From a bacterium (GTDB lineage Bacteria > Patescibacteriota > Patescibacteriia > UBA1558 > S5-K13): DNA of 64,000 bases. Each line of letters opens with the position of its first letter. The stretch's first letter is position 1. A program made the position numbers and the translations under genes. Where the stretch lies: assembly GCA_035356975.1 (NCBI GenBank), contig DAORGW010000001.1:4951-68950 (forward strand). Reading direction: 5' to 3'. Below, piece by piece: positions 46,161-55,885 of this stretch. Below the pieces are notes generated by a model. That model was given only the letters and a program-made list of their open reading frames with translations. It was not told the DNA's origin and did no database searches.

Positions 46161-46955
46161 TTATCTTTTAATTCTTCGATTATGTCTCATTCTCATTCTA
46201 TCAATACTGTTAGCAGATTCTTCTCTTAAATTATATCCGGTAAAATGTAGAAAAGCATTTTCTAATGAATTTGTATTTGCTTTTTGATTTAGTTCTTCAA
46301 CAGTTCCCAGAACTATGATTTTCCCATGATCAATAATCGCCACTCTATCAGCGACTTTTTCTGCTTCTTCCATGTAATGAGCAGTAAGAAGAACTGTGAT
46401 TTTTTCCTCTTTATTTAGTTTATTTATATAATCCCAGATATGATTTCTTGTTTGAGGATCTAGACCTATTGTTGGCTCATCTAGAAAGAAAATTTTTGGG
46501 TGATGTAATAATCCTCGAGCTATTTCTAATCTTCTTTTCATTCCACCAGAAAAAGTTTTTACAAGATAATTTCTTCTATCCCAAAGCTCAACAATATTTA
46601 AAAGTTTCTCTATGCGCTCTTTTCTTGTTTTTTTTGGAACTTTATAGAGAGCCCCATGAAATTCCATATTTTCGTAAGCTGTTAATTCATCATCTAAGCT
46701 ATAATCTTGAAAAACTATCCCAAATGAATGTCTTACTTCATCTGATTGTTTTTCTGTGTCATATGAATTTACAATAATTTTTCCACTTGTTGGTCTTAGA
46801 AGCGTCGTTAACATTTTAATAGTTGTAGATTTTCCAGCTCCATTTGGTCCTAAAAATGCAAATATTTCACCCCCATTTACACTAAAAGAAATATCATCAA
46901 CGGCTTTTATTTCTTTAAAATATTTTTTTAAATTTTTTACTTCTATTATTGTCAT
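46161..46955 (-). CDS. ABC transporter ATP-binding protein (DrrA-like)
   Basis: GPNGAGKST, FSGGMKRRLEIAR, LDEPT.GLDP. Confidence 0.95.
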   Translation of the reverse strand: MTIIEVKNLKKYFKEIKAVDDISFSVNGGEIFAFLGPNGAGKSTTIKMLTTLLRPTSGKIIVNSYDTEKQSDEVRHSFGIVFQDYSLDDELTAYENMEFHGALYKVPKKTRKERIEKLLNIVELWDRRNYLVKTFSGGMKRRLEIARGLLHHPKIFFLDEPTIGLDPQTRNHIWDYINKLNKEEKITVLLTAHYMEEAEKVADRVAIIDHGKIIVLGTVEELNQKANTNSLENAFLHFTGYNLREESANSIDRMRMRHNRRIKR

Positions 46956-47026
46956 TTATATTTAGATTTTTTTTGTGTAACTTTAAATATTTTGATGTTT
47001 TTTTATATTATTTAATTTAAGTATAT

Positions 47027-47059
47027 AAAAAAACATTATTAAAATCGAATAATGTTTTT
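47027..47059 (-). terminator. Terminator of the tRNA operon
   Basis: AAAAACATTATT...AATAATGTTTTT inverted repeat. Confidence 0.55.
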
Positions 47060-47108
47060 GATTTCAGTTTTAAGACTATAGGAATATGGATTATCATGCT
47101 CTTATGAT

Positions 47109-47199
<91 letters not shown>

Positions 47200-47238
47200 G
47201 TGTTTTATATTTAATTTATTTTTTAAAGAATTTTTATT

Positions 47239-47313
47239 TGGCTGGGGAGGTAGGGTTCGAACCTACGAATGTCGGCTTCAAAGGCCGATGCCTTACCACT
47301 TGGCTACTCCCCA
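47239..47313 (-). tRNA. tRNA-Gln(TTG)
   Basis: TGGGGAG/CTCCCCA acceptor stem (U1-A72), TCGGC-CTTTGAA-GCCGA, TTCGAAC, encoded CCA. Confidence 0.96.
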
Positions 47314-47335
47314 ATAAAAATGATAGACGTAAAAT

Positions 47336-47364
47336 ATTATCTCTCATTTTTTGGGAAATGTCAA
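47336..47364 (-). promoter_or_regulatory. tRNA operon promoter
   Basis: TTGACA-N17-GATAAT. Confidence 0.65.
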
Positions 47365-47376
47365 TATTTATTATAT

Positions 47377-49074
47377 TTATTCAAATACTTTTTCTTGTTT
47401 GCTTCCAAATTTTTTGGCTGACTGTAGGAATTCTATAAAAAGTGGATGTGGATTTAGGGGGCGTGATTTGTATTCTGGATGACCCTGCGTCGCTATAAAA
47501 AAAGGATGAATATTGCGCGGAAGTTCTATAATTTCAACAAAAAAATCATCAGGAGATGTTCCAGAAAAAATCATGCCACTATATTCCAATTGTTTTCTGT
47601 AATCATTATTAAATTCATATCTATGTCTGTGGCGTTCTGATATTTTTAAATTTCCATCTGATAATTTTTCACCAATTCCATATTTTTGATAAATAGAGTA
47701 AGCATAGGTATTTTTTTTTACAATACAATCAAATTTACCAAGACGCATTGAAGTTCCCTCGCCTTTTATTTTTTGATATTTTTCATCCATTGGGATATCG
47801 TGAATAATTTTGTATTGCGTTTTTGGATTTAATTCTGTTGAATTTGCATTTTCAAGTCTTAAAACATTTCTTGCAAACTCTACACATGCTAATTGCATTC
47901 CAAAACACAATCCTAAATATGGGATTTTTTTCTCCCTAGCGTGTTTTATTGCCATTATTTTTCCTTCTGATCCGCGCTCACCCCAACCAATAGGGACTAT
48001 AATTCCATCCATGTTTTCAGGAATTAAATTAATTCCATGTTTTTCAATATTTTCGCTATTTACAAATTTAATATTTGTTTTAAATTTATTTTTCCAAGAA
48101 GCATGTTTTATTGCCTCAATTAAAGAAGCATAAGAGTCAAGTAATTCAAAGTCGCCAGTTGCAATATATTTTCCCACAATACAAATATTTATTTCTTTAT
48201 TAACTTTTTGTTTTATTGATCTATTAAATTCGCGCCACTTATTTAATTGCAATTTATTAAAATTTAATTTTAACTTTTTAAGAATTTTTGTGTCAAATAA
48301 TTGTTTTTCAAATAGTAATGGTAATTCATAAATATTTTCTAAATCTGGCGCCATTATAACATTTTCGCCTTCAATTCCACATTTTAATCCAAGCAGATAC
48401 CTTCTCCTTTTGTCTATTTCCATGTTTCCTCGAAGAACTAGAAAATCAGGCATTATTCCCATGGACATTAGAGTCCTTACGGACATTTGGGTTGGCATTG
48501 TTTTTGGTTCACCAAGGTGATTTGGAATTGGAACATAGGTTGCGTGAATATTTATAACATCATTTGGCATTTTTGTTTTCATAATTCTACAGGCCTCATA
48601 ATATAACATGTTTTGATATTCACCGGCGGTTCCACCCAACTCTATTACAACAATATCTTTTTCTTCTCCAGCTTTTTTAATTCTTTTTATAATTTCGTCA
48701 GATACGTGGGGAATTGCCTCAACATCCTCACCGTCGTATCCAAAATTTCTTTCTCGTGTTATTACTGAATTATAAATTTGGCCCATTGTTGTAAAATTAC
48801 GATGCCCCATATCTTCATTTAAAAACCTTTCATATGTGCCTAAATCCATATCAGCCTCTAATCCATCTTCACATAAAAAAGGATCCCCATGTTCTATGGG
48901 GTTAATTGTGCCCGAATCTATATTTATATAGTTTTCACACTTTAAAACACCGACTTTATATCCCCTACTTTTTAGTAATAATCCAACTGAAGCAGCTATA
49001 ACACCCTTGCCTAATCCAGAAAGAACTCCACCTGATACGAAAATATATTTTACGTTTTTATTTTTTTTTGCCAT
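47377..49074 (-). CDS. pyrG: CTP synthase
   Basis: YIFVSGGVLSGLGKG, DMDLGTYERF, LGLCFGMQ, ERHRHRYE, HPE. Confidence 0.97.
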   Translation of the reverse strand: MAKKNKNVKYIFVSGGVLSGLGKGVIAASVGLLLKSRGYKVGVLKCENYINIDSGTINPIEHGDPFLCEDGLEADMDLGTYERFLNEDMGHRNFTTMGQIYNSVITRERNFGYDGEDVEAIPHVSDEIIKRIKKAGEEKDIVVIELGGTAGEYQNMLYYEACRIMKTKMPNDVINIHATYVPIPNHLGEPKTMPTQMSVRTLMSMGIMPDFLVLRGNMEIDKRRRYLLGLKCGIEGENVIMAPDLENIYELPLLFEKQLFDTKILKKLKLNFNKLQLNKWREFNRSIKQKVNKEINICIVGKYIATGDFELLDSYASLIEAIKHASWKNKFKTNIKFVNSENIEKHGINLIPENMDGIIVPIGWGERGSEGKIMAIKHAREKKIPYLGLCFGMQLACVEFARNVLRLENANSTELNPKTQYKIIHDIPMDEKYQKIKGEGTSMRLGKFDCIVKKNTYAYSIYQKYGIGEKLSDGNLKISERHRHRYEFNNDYRKQLEYSGMIFSGTSPDDFFVEIIELPRNIHPFFIATQGHPEYKSRPLNPHPLFIEFLQSAKKFGSKQEKVFE

Positions 49075-49519
49075 TATCTTTTATAATATTAACCACTAAG
49101 AAGGGTTCATTTTTTTGTCCTAATTTTATTGCTATTTTATGTTCACCCAGTGTTTTTAAGTGATGTTCTAATTCAATTTTTAAGGGGGAAATTTCTATGT
49201 TGTGTTTTTCTTTTAAAATTTTAGATAAATCCTGTGGCGTTATTCCGCCAAATAAAATCCCCTCTTCATTTGCTTTTGCAGGAATTGTAATTTTTATTTT
49301 TGAAATTCTATTTGATAAAAGATCTAAGTTTTTTTCATGCTTTATTTCTTTCTGTTTCGCATTGTGGATTTGTTTTTCTAATTCTTTTATTTTTTTGTCA
49401 TCAGCTGGTTCTGCTAATTTTTGTGGAAATAAATAATTTAAAGCATATCCATTGGATACCTCTTTTATGTCATCTTTTTTTGCTACATTTTTTACATCTT
49501 TTAAAAATATTACTTTCAT
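49058..49519 (-). CDS. rplI: 50S ribosomal protein L9
   Basis: MKVIFLKDV...EVSNGYALNYLFP, LFGGIT, KTLGEH. Confidence 0.96.
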   Translation of the reverse strand: MKVIFLKDVKNVAKKDDIKEVSNGYALNYLFPQKLAEPADDKKIKELEKQIHNAKQKEIKHEKNLDLLSNRISKIKITIPAKANEEGILFGGITPQDLSKILKEKHNIEISPLKIELEHHLKTLGEHKIAIKLGQKNEPFLVVNIIKDNGKKK

Positions 49520-49559
49520 ATATTTCCAATTTTAATATTCTAAAATTAAGAGTTTTTAG

Positions 49560-50834
49560 TTATTTCAATAATTCAATTGCTTTGTCTAGTTGTGGATCTC
49601 TATCTTTATTGTAGTCATCATCAGATAATTTTATTTCAATGTCTGGTTTAATACCTTCTTTGTCTATTGCTCTATCGTATGGAGTTAGCCATTTTGCAAT
49701 TGTTAGTTTAATTGAAGATCCATCTGGGAATTTTGTTAAATCTTGTACGCTTCCCTTTCCAAATGTTGTTTCTCCAATAATTGTTGCAATTTTATAATCT
49801 TGAAGTGCGCCAGCAACTATTTCTGATGCACTTGCTGATCCTTTATTTACCAAAACTACGGTTTTTTTATCCTTTAATTTTGCAAAACCAGCAGATGAAT
49901 AATTTTGTGTTTTTTCTTTATTCTTTGAAGTCTCTTTTACTATTATATTATTATCTATCCAATAACTTGAGATTTTTATTGCTGTTGTCAGATATCCACC
50001 CGGATTATTTCTTAAATCTAATATTATATATTTTTTGTTTAGAGAATTATTTACAGCTTTTTCAAATAAACTCTCTGTGTCTTGATTGAAGTGAGTTATT
50101 CTAATATAGGCGACACTCCTATCGTTTAAAAGTTTATCTATTTCTGGTTTTCCAGTATTTGTTTTTATGCTTTCATAATGAATTTCATCTCTTGTAATGA
50201 CTATATCTTTTTCTTTGTCGGTGCCATTTTGTATTGTAAGTGTTACTTTAGTTCCTTTTTCTCCTCTTATCATTTCTACAGCATTGTTTAGGCTTATATA
50301 TGATGCATCAATCTTATCTATTGCAATAATTATATCTCCAGCCTTGAGACCAGCTTTTTCTGCAGGAGAATTTGGAAGAGGGGCTATTATTGTTAGCTTA
50401 TCATCTTTTATGCCAAGTTCCGCACCAATTCCATTAAATTTACCCTCTAACTCACTGTTAAATTCTTCTGATATGTCTGGTGGTAAAAATATTGAATATG
50501 GGTCATTTAAAGATGCCACTAATCCAGACAAAGCTCCGTAAAACATTTGAGAATCTTTGGTTCCGCCAGAGTCAATATATTTTTCTCTAATTGTATCCCA
50601 TGTTTTCCAAAATAATTTAAAGTCAACATTTTTTGATAAATAACTTGGAGTTTCTGCGTCTTTATTTTTTAATTCACCCTGATTATTTTTGATTATAAAA
50701 TTAGAATTTTCAGATCCAGATACTCCAATTAAAAGCCCAACAAAAAAACTTATTATTATAAGAACAGCAATAAAAATTATTTTTTTTGTTTTTTTTGTCT
50801 CTGAGTTTTGATTGTGTATTATTGTTTCTTGCAT
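49560..50834 (-). CDS. S41 C-terminal processing peptidase with PDZ domain
   Basis: DPYS, GIGA, SPAEKAGL, LDLRNNPGG, SASASEIVAGALQD, FGKGSVQ. Confidence 0.95.
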   Translation of the reverse strand: MQETIIHNQNSETKKTKKIIFIAVLIIISFFVGLLIGVSGSENSNFIIKNNQGELKNKDAETPSYLSKNVDFKLFWKTWDTIREKYIDSGGTKDSQMFYGALSGLVASLNDPYSIFLPPDISEEFNSELEGKFNGIGAELGIKDDKLTIIAPLPNSPAEKAGLKAGDIIIAIDKIDASYISLNNAVEMIRGEKGTKVTLTIQNGTDKEKDIVITRDEIHYESIKTNTGKPEIDKLLNDRSVAYIRITHFNQDTESLFEKAVNNSLNKKYIILDLRNNPGGYLTTAIKISSYWIDNNIIVKETSKNKEKTQNYSSAGFAKLKDKKTVVLVNKGSASASEIVAGALQDYKIATIIGETTFGKGSVQDLTKFPDGSSIKLTIAKWLTPYDRAIDKEGIKPDIEIKLSDDDYNKDRDPQLDKAIELLK

Positions 50835-50838
50835 TTTT

Positions 50839-52095
50839 TTATTCTTCTCTTTTTATGTTTGCACCTAATTTATTTAATCTTTTTTCTATGTCTTCATATC
50901 CTCTATCTATTTGTTGAATATTATCAATTTGTGTTGTTCCTTGTGCTATTAATCCCGCTATAAGCATTGCAAGTCCAGCTCTTATGTCAGGACTTTCCAT
51001 TTTTTTACCAGATAGTTTAACCGGGCCATTTATTACAACTCTGTGTGGATCACATAAAACAAGTTTAGCACCCATTCTTGATAAAAAATCAGTAAAAAAT
51101 AGTCTACTTTCATAAATTGTTTCATGCATCATACTCATTCCGTTTGCTTGCGTCAAAAGAACAGTATAACAGCTTTGTAAATCCGTAGGGAATCCAGGAT
51201 ATTCATGTGTTGTGATATCTGCATGTTTTAATTTTTTATAATCCTTTATTTGTATATGATTTTTTCCTATTTCTAAATTGACACCCATATTATGTAAAAT
51301 TTTTATAGGAATATCTAGGTGATTAGGATCACATTTTGTAATTTTTATATTGCTTTTAGTGGCTATTCCAATACATAAAAAGCTCCCAGCTTCAATTCTA
51401 TCTGGAATAATTGTAAATTCCGTTCCCTTTAATTTTTTAACTCCATTTATAATTATATTGTGAGTTCCTGCTCCTTTTATATCAGCGCCCATTTGATTTA
51501 ACATATTTGAAAGCGCTGTTACTTCTGGTTCGCATGCTGCATTTATTATTTCAGTTTTTCCACTAGCTAAAACCGCCGCCATAATAATAGCTTCTGTTCC
51601 CGTGTGGGAAATTTTTGGAAACACATACTTACATGCTCTTATGCCACTATTTGTAAATCTATATAAACCATTTTTAATTTCAATTTTTATGTGCATGTCT
51701 TTTAGAAAATCCAAAAAGAAATCAATGGGTCTTTTTCCTATTACACAACCACCTGGATGAGGAATTTCTACAACTTTAAATCTATGAAGTAGTGGCGGAA
51801 CAAACATAAGAGATGTTCTGATTTTTTTTGCCGTATCAGAATTTAATTTTTTTGGATTTAAATTTTTTGCAGTTACCGCTATTGAATCTTTACTTAATTT
51901 CTCTACTTTTGCACCCAGGTCTTTCAAAATTTCTATAGATAGGTTAACATCAATAATATTGGGTAGATTTTTTAGAACAATTCTTTCTTGAGTTAAAAGT
52001 GTTGCGGGTATTGCTTTTAGGGCATTATTCTTGGCTCCTTTTACATCAATTGAGCCGTGTAATTTTACGCCACCTTGAATAATAAATTTTGACAT
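50839..52095 (-). CDS. murA: UDP-N-acetylglucosamine 1-carboxyvinyltransferase
   Basis: GAKN, PGGCVIGKRP, PDRIEAG, PGFPTDLQ, DIRAG, IDRGYE. Confidence 0.97.
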   Translation of the reverse strand: MSKFIIQGGVKLHGSIDVKGAKNNALKAIPATLLTQERIVLKNLPNIIDVNLSIEILKDLGAKVEKLSKDSIAVTAKNLNPKKLNSDTAKKIRTSLMFVPPLLHRFKVVEIPHPGGCVIGKRPIDFFLDFLKDMHIKIEIKNGLYRFTNSGIRACKYVFPKISHTGTEAIIMAAVLASGKTEIINAACEPEVTALSNMLNQMGADIKGAGTHNIIINGVKKLKGTEFTIIPDRIEAGSFLCIGIATKSNIKITKCDPNHLDIPIKILHNMGVNLEIGKNHIQIKDYKKLKHADITTHEYPGFPTDLQSCYTVLLTQANGMSMMHETIYESRLFFTDFLSRMGAKLVLCDPHRVVINGPVKLSGKKMESPDIRAGLAMLIAGLIAQGTTQIDNIQQIDRGYEDIEKRLNKLGANIKREE

Positions 52096-52185
52096 ATTAT
52101 TATTATAATTAGGTTTCTTATATCAGATATTTTACCCGAAATTTACGCCTTATGCAACTTTTTAATTTTATAATTTTTAAAATTT

Positions 52186-53505
52186 ATGCACATTATTTTT
52201 AGAAGATTTTTGACTTATTTTGCAATAGCAATTTTTGTTATTGCATCTTCTTTTTTTGTATTTATATCTTTTGGTTACAGATATAATTTTACAAAGAATA
52301 AATTTGAAAAAACCTCTGTTTTGTATATTAAGTCATATCCAAGAGAAGCAAGTGTTTTGTTAAACGATAAAAAATACAAAAAAACAACCCCAACTCAGAT
52401 AAATTATTTAAAACCAGATGTTTATAAAATTGAAGTAGGAAAAGAAAAATATCAAAACTGGGAAAAACAAATTAATATAAGAGTTGATGAAACTGTTTTT
52501 CTTGAAAATATTTCTTTATTTTTTAGTGAGCCAAAAATTACAGTAATTAAAGACGGGAATTTTCAAGAGATTTCAATATCACCAAACAAAGAAATGATAT
52601 TATTTTATGATAACAACAATAAGAGTTTAAATATTTTTGATATTAAATCAAACAATATTGCAAATATTGAAAAAAATATATCTGAAATAAATTATTCTTT
52701 GTGGTCTTCTGATAATCAGAAAATACTTTTTGAATCAAATAATAAATATTTTGTTTCTTTTCCCTACTTAAATAAAGATATATTGGATTTGTCAAAACAT
52801 ATAAATTTTAAAATAAAAAGTTTCGCCTGGGATAAGTTTAATTCCGATATCCTTTATATAATTGATTTTTCGGATAATTTATATAAATTTGATGTTGTTA
52901 ATATAAAATTAGAAAATACAGAATTGAAAAATATTTTAGCCATTAAGCCAGAAGGAGATAAAATATTTTATGTTCAAAAACAAAAAGATCACACAATTTT
53001 TACATTTTATAGAAAAAACTCCAAAGATTCTGATTTTATTGTTATCCCACATAGCAGTAATTATAAATTTTTAGAACCATATAGGGATTATTTTTGTCTC
53101 TTAGATGGTAGCTCTAATAAAATGTATTTAATGGATCCAAATCAAAAAGATTATATACTAAAAACAATTTATAATATAGATGATGTGTCTTGGGATTTAT
53201 ATAATAGAATTTTATTATTAGAGAATGATTTTGAAATAAGAATTTATGATATAAAAACTCAAGAAGAGAAAACTATATTAAGGTCAAGTCAAAAAATAGA
53301 TACAGCTTTTTGGCATAGAAATAATAATCATGTTTTTTATAAATTAAATAATGAATTAAAGGTTTTAGAATTAGATGATAGATGGGGAAGAAATGAATTT
53401 TTAATTCAAAAAGATATGATTTCAAATAATATTTTAGCAAATAGGAGAGGAAATATAATTTATTACATCACAAAAGAAGGATTAATAAAAAATACTATTC
53501 AATAA
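52186..53505 (+). CDS. PEGA domain protein with a probable beta-propeller
   Basis: N-terminal TM, GYRYNF, IKSYP..A.V.LN, TP..I..L.P..Y.I...KE.Y..W; WS.D and WD repeats. Confidence 0.75.
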   Translation: MHIIFRRFLTYFAIAIFVIASSFFVFISFGYRYNFTKNKFEKTSVLYIKSYPREASVLLNDKKYKKTTPTQINYLKPDVYKIEVGKEKYQNWEKQINIRVDETVFLENISLFFSEPKITVIKDGNFQEISISPNKEMILFYDNNNKSLNIFDIKSNNIANIEKNISEINYSLWSSDNQKILFESNNKYFVSFPYLNKDILDLSKHINFKIKSFAWDKFNSDILYIIDFSDNLYKFDVVNIKLENTELKNILAIKPEGDKIFYVQKQKDHTIFTFYRKNSKDSDFIVIPHSSNYKFLEPYRDYFCLLDGSSNKMYLMDPNQKDYILKTIYNIDDVSWDLYNRILLLENDFEIRIYDIKTQEEKTILRSSQKIDTAFWHRNNNHVFYKLNNELKVLELDDRWGRNEFLIQKDMISNNILANRRGNIIYYITKEGLIKNTIQ

Positions 53506-53535
53506 TTAGTTTGAGCCACAAGAAAATTTTTAAAT

Positions 53536-53570
53536 AAAAAACAACGATTTTTTATAAGTCGTTGTTTTTT
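53536..53570. terminator. Bidirectional intrinsic terminator
   Basis: AAAAAACAACGA...TCGTTGTTTTTT. Confidence 0.75.
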
Positions 53571-53589
53571 ATAGATTAAATATATTTTT

Positions 53590-54561
53590 TTAATCTTTTT
53601 TGTAATAATTATTTATATCAAATGGTGCATCTTCTTCGTCATTGGCTATGCTTTTGAAAAGATTTTCTTTTTCTGGCTCTTCGGTTTTGTCTTGCGTTGG
53701 TTCATAAATTTTTTTATATTTTGAAGAAAAATCATTTATTGTGTCATTTGCCTGAGATTTCATTAGTTTCATTGTCTCTTTTACTATTTTTTCGGTTGTT
53801 TCTCTTATAATTAATTCAATATCCTCCGGAATTGATGTTTTGCTTTTTCTTGCAAGTAGGTTATTTGCCTCAAGCCATGTATCAATTGATTCTCCACCAT
53901 CAGCCCACCATCCAGGTAATATATCAAATTTCATTGTGCCCTGTTGTACATAAAAATTATTAACATCTGTTATTTCTAGTTCTCCACGACCAGATGGTTT
54001 TAAATTTTTTATTACATCCCAGACTTGATTATCATATAAATATAGTCCTGTGACAGCTAAGTTTCCCATGAATTGTTTAGGTTTTTCAACAATTTCTAAA
54101 ATTTTATCTCCATCAATACGAGCAATTCCATAATGTTCCGGATGTTCAACTTCTTTTAAAAATACTCTTGCACCAATTGGTGTTTTTTTAAATTCTTCTA
54201 TGGCTTCAGATAAATTATCTTCAAAAATATTGTCCCCTAGTATTACAACCATTTTATCATTATCAACAAATTCTTTTGTAAGAGATAGGGCTTGGGCAAT
54301 TCCACCAGCCTCTTCTTGAATTGCATAAGATAAATTAACACCAAATTCTCTTCCTGAGCCAAGTAATTCTAAGAAATGTCCTGCGTGCCCTTTTCCAGAT
54401 ACAATCATTATATCTTTGATTCCAGCATCACGAAGAGTTTCTATTGGATAATAAATCATAGGTCTGTCATAGACAGGAAGTAAGTGTTTGTTTGTAACTT
54501 TTGTAAGTGGAAATAATCTTGAGCCGGTTCCACCCGCTAAAATAACACCTTTTAATTTCAT
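53590..54561 (-). CDS. rmlA: Glucose-1-phosphate thymidylyltransferase (RmlA-like) with a C-terminal extension
   Basis: GVILAGGTGSRLFPLT...NKHLLPVYD.PMIYYP, LGDN, EKP, RGELEITD. Confidence 0.88.
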   Translation of the reverse strand: MKLKGVILAGGTGSRLFPLTKVTNKHLLPVYDRPMIYYPIETLRDAGIKDIMIVSGKGHAGHFLELLGSGREFGVNLSYAIQEEAGGIAQALSLTKEFVDNDKMVVILGDNIFEDNLSEAIEEFKKTPIGARVFLKEVEHPEHYGIARIDGDKILEIVEKPKQFMGNLAVTGLYLYDNQVWDVIKNLKPSGRGELEITDVNNFYVQQGTMKFDILPGWWADGGESIDTWLEANNLLARKSKTSIPEDIELIIRETTEKIVKETMKLMKSQANDTINDFSSKYKKIYEPTQDKTEEPEKENLFKSIANDEEDAPFDINNYYKKD

Positions 54562-54778
54562 ATTTTTTTAGTTTTTAGTAATTATTTTGCCCAGAGATAG
54601 TCATCCCTCGAAATAAGGCAATTATTAATTAGCTAAAGAATTATTTTTTAATTTAATATATCTTAAGTTAATATTTATAAATTTGCAAGTGAATTTTTAA
54701 CATTTTTTACACACTTGACTTTTTTTAATTTTTGTGTAATATATAATCATATATCAATTCTAGTTTATGGAGGAAATC

Positions 54779-54967
54779 ATGAAAGTTTATCCAGGTTTGA
54801 GTCAAACATCTCCAAGAGTTATTTGCCCTGTTTGTGGAGTTGTTTTAGATGATGGTGGTACAAAGACTCAATCCGAAACGACCGAAGTGTGTTCGGAGTG
54901 CAAAAAAAAACAAACAGAAAAAATCCCCAGGGTTAGTTTGGCCCCGGAAAGTAATAAAAACATTTAG
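54779..54967 (+). CDS. Small Zn-ribbon-like orphan protein
   Basis: CPVC...CSEC; GGAGG SD; TTGACT at 54715; terminator 54972-54992. Confidence 0.55.
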   Translation: MKVYPGLSQTSPRVICPVCGVVLDDGGTKTQSETTEVCSECKKKQTEKIPRVSLAPESNKNI

Positions 54968-54971
54968 TATT

Positions 54972-54992
54972 GGCGCATTGTGCGCCTTTTTT
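54972..54992 (+). terminator. Intrinsic terminator
   Basis: GGCGCA-TTG-TGCGCC-TTTTTT. Confidence 0.75.
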
Positions 54993-55001
54993 ATTTTTTG
55001 T

Positions 55002-55844
55002 TTAAGAATCTAGGTAATCTTTTAATGCTTCTTTAAAACTACGAAGTTTTGGAAATTTTGTGTTATTTAATATAGCATTTTTTGGTCTTTTTGCTTTTGT
55101 GTGAAAATCGGAAGAGCCAATTTGATTTAGCTTTATATTTTTAATATTTTTTATTTTAAAGATTTCTTGTGCGAATTCATGTGGGGTAACAGCATCTTCG
55201 TTTGTAAGATGATAAATTCCAAAAGGATAATTTTCTTCTATTAATTGTTTTATTGCAAGACTTAAGTCTTTTGTATATGTTGGTTTAGAAATTTGATCTA
55301 TGATTAAATTTAATTCATCTTTTTCAGTGGCTAATTTTAGCATTGTTTCTACAAAATTCATTCCCCTTTCTTTTCCTTTTTGAGGATTTTTTCCATAAAG
55401 CCATGAACTTCTTATTATATAAAAATTATTTAAATTTTTTTGTAATAATCTTTCTCCATCAGCTTTTGATTTTCCATAAATATTTATTGGGTTAGTCGGA
55501 GAGTCTTCATTATAACCAGATTTATTTTCCCCATCAAAAACATATTCAGTGCTTATGTGTGCTAATATACAGGAATTATTTTTACAAATTTTTGCTAGAT
55601 TTAAAACCGCTTCTGTGTTTATTTTACTTACAATTTCTTCTTCATTTTCAGCTTTTTCAACATCAACAAAAGCAGCACAATTTATAATAACATCAGGATT
55701 TAGTTTAATAATTTTTTTGTTCAATTCTTCTAAATTTGTGATATCTAATTCTTCTTTGTCGGTCAAAATTAAATCATGATTGGAAAAAGCTATGGCAATA
55801 TCTTTACCGAGCATGCCATCTGCACCAGTTATTAGAATTTTCAT
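55002..55844 (-). CDS. rmlD: dTDP-4-dehydrorhamnose reductase
   Basis: ITGADGMLG, INCAA..DV..AE, HISTEYVFDG, YGKSK..GE. Confidence 0.93.
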   Translation of the reverse strand: MKILITGADGMLGKDIAIAFSNHDLILTDKEELDITNLEELNKKIIKLNPDVIINCAAFVDVEKAENEEEIVSKINTEAVLNLAKICKNNSCILAHISTEYVFDGENKSGYNEDSPTNPINIYGKSKADGERLLQKNLNNFYIIRSSWLYGKNPQKGKERGMNFVETMLKLATEKDELNLIIDQISKPTYTKDLSLAIKQLIEENYPFGIYHLTNEDAVTPHEFAQEIFKIKNIKNIKLNQIGSSDFHTKAKRPKNAILNNTKFPKLRSFKEALKDYLDS

Positions 55845-55885
55845 AGTATTTTATATTGTTATTTTATCAATATGAAAATATTTTT

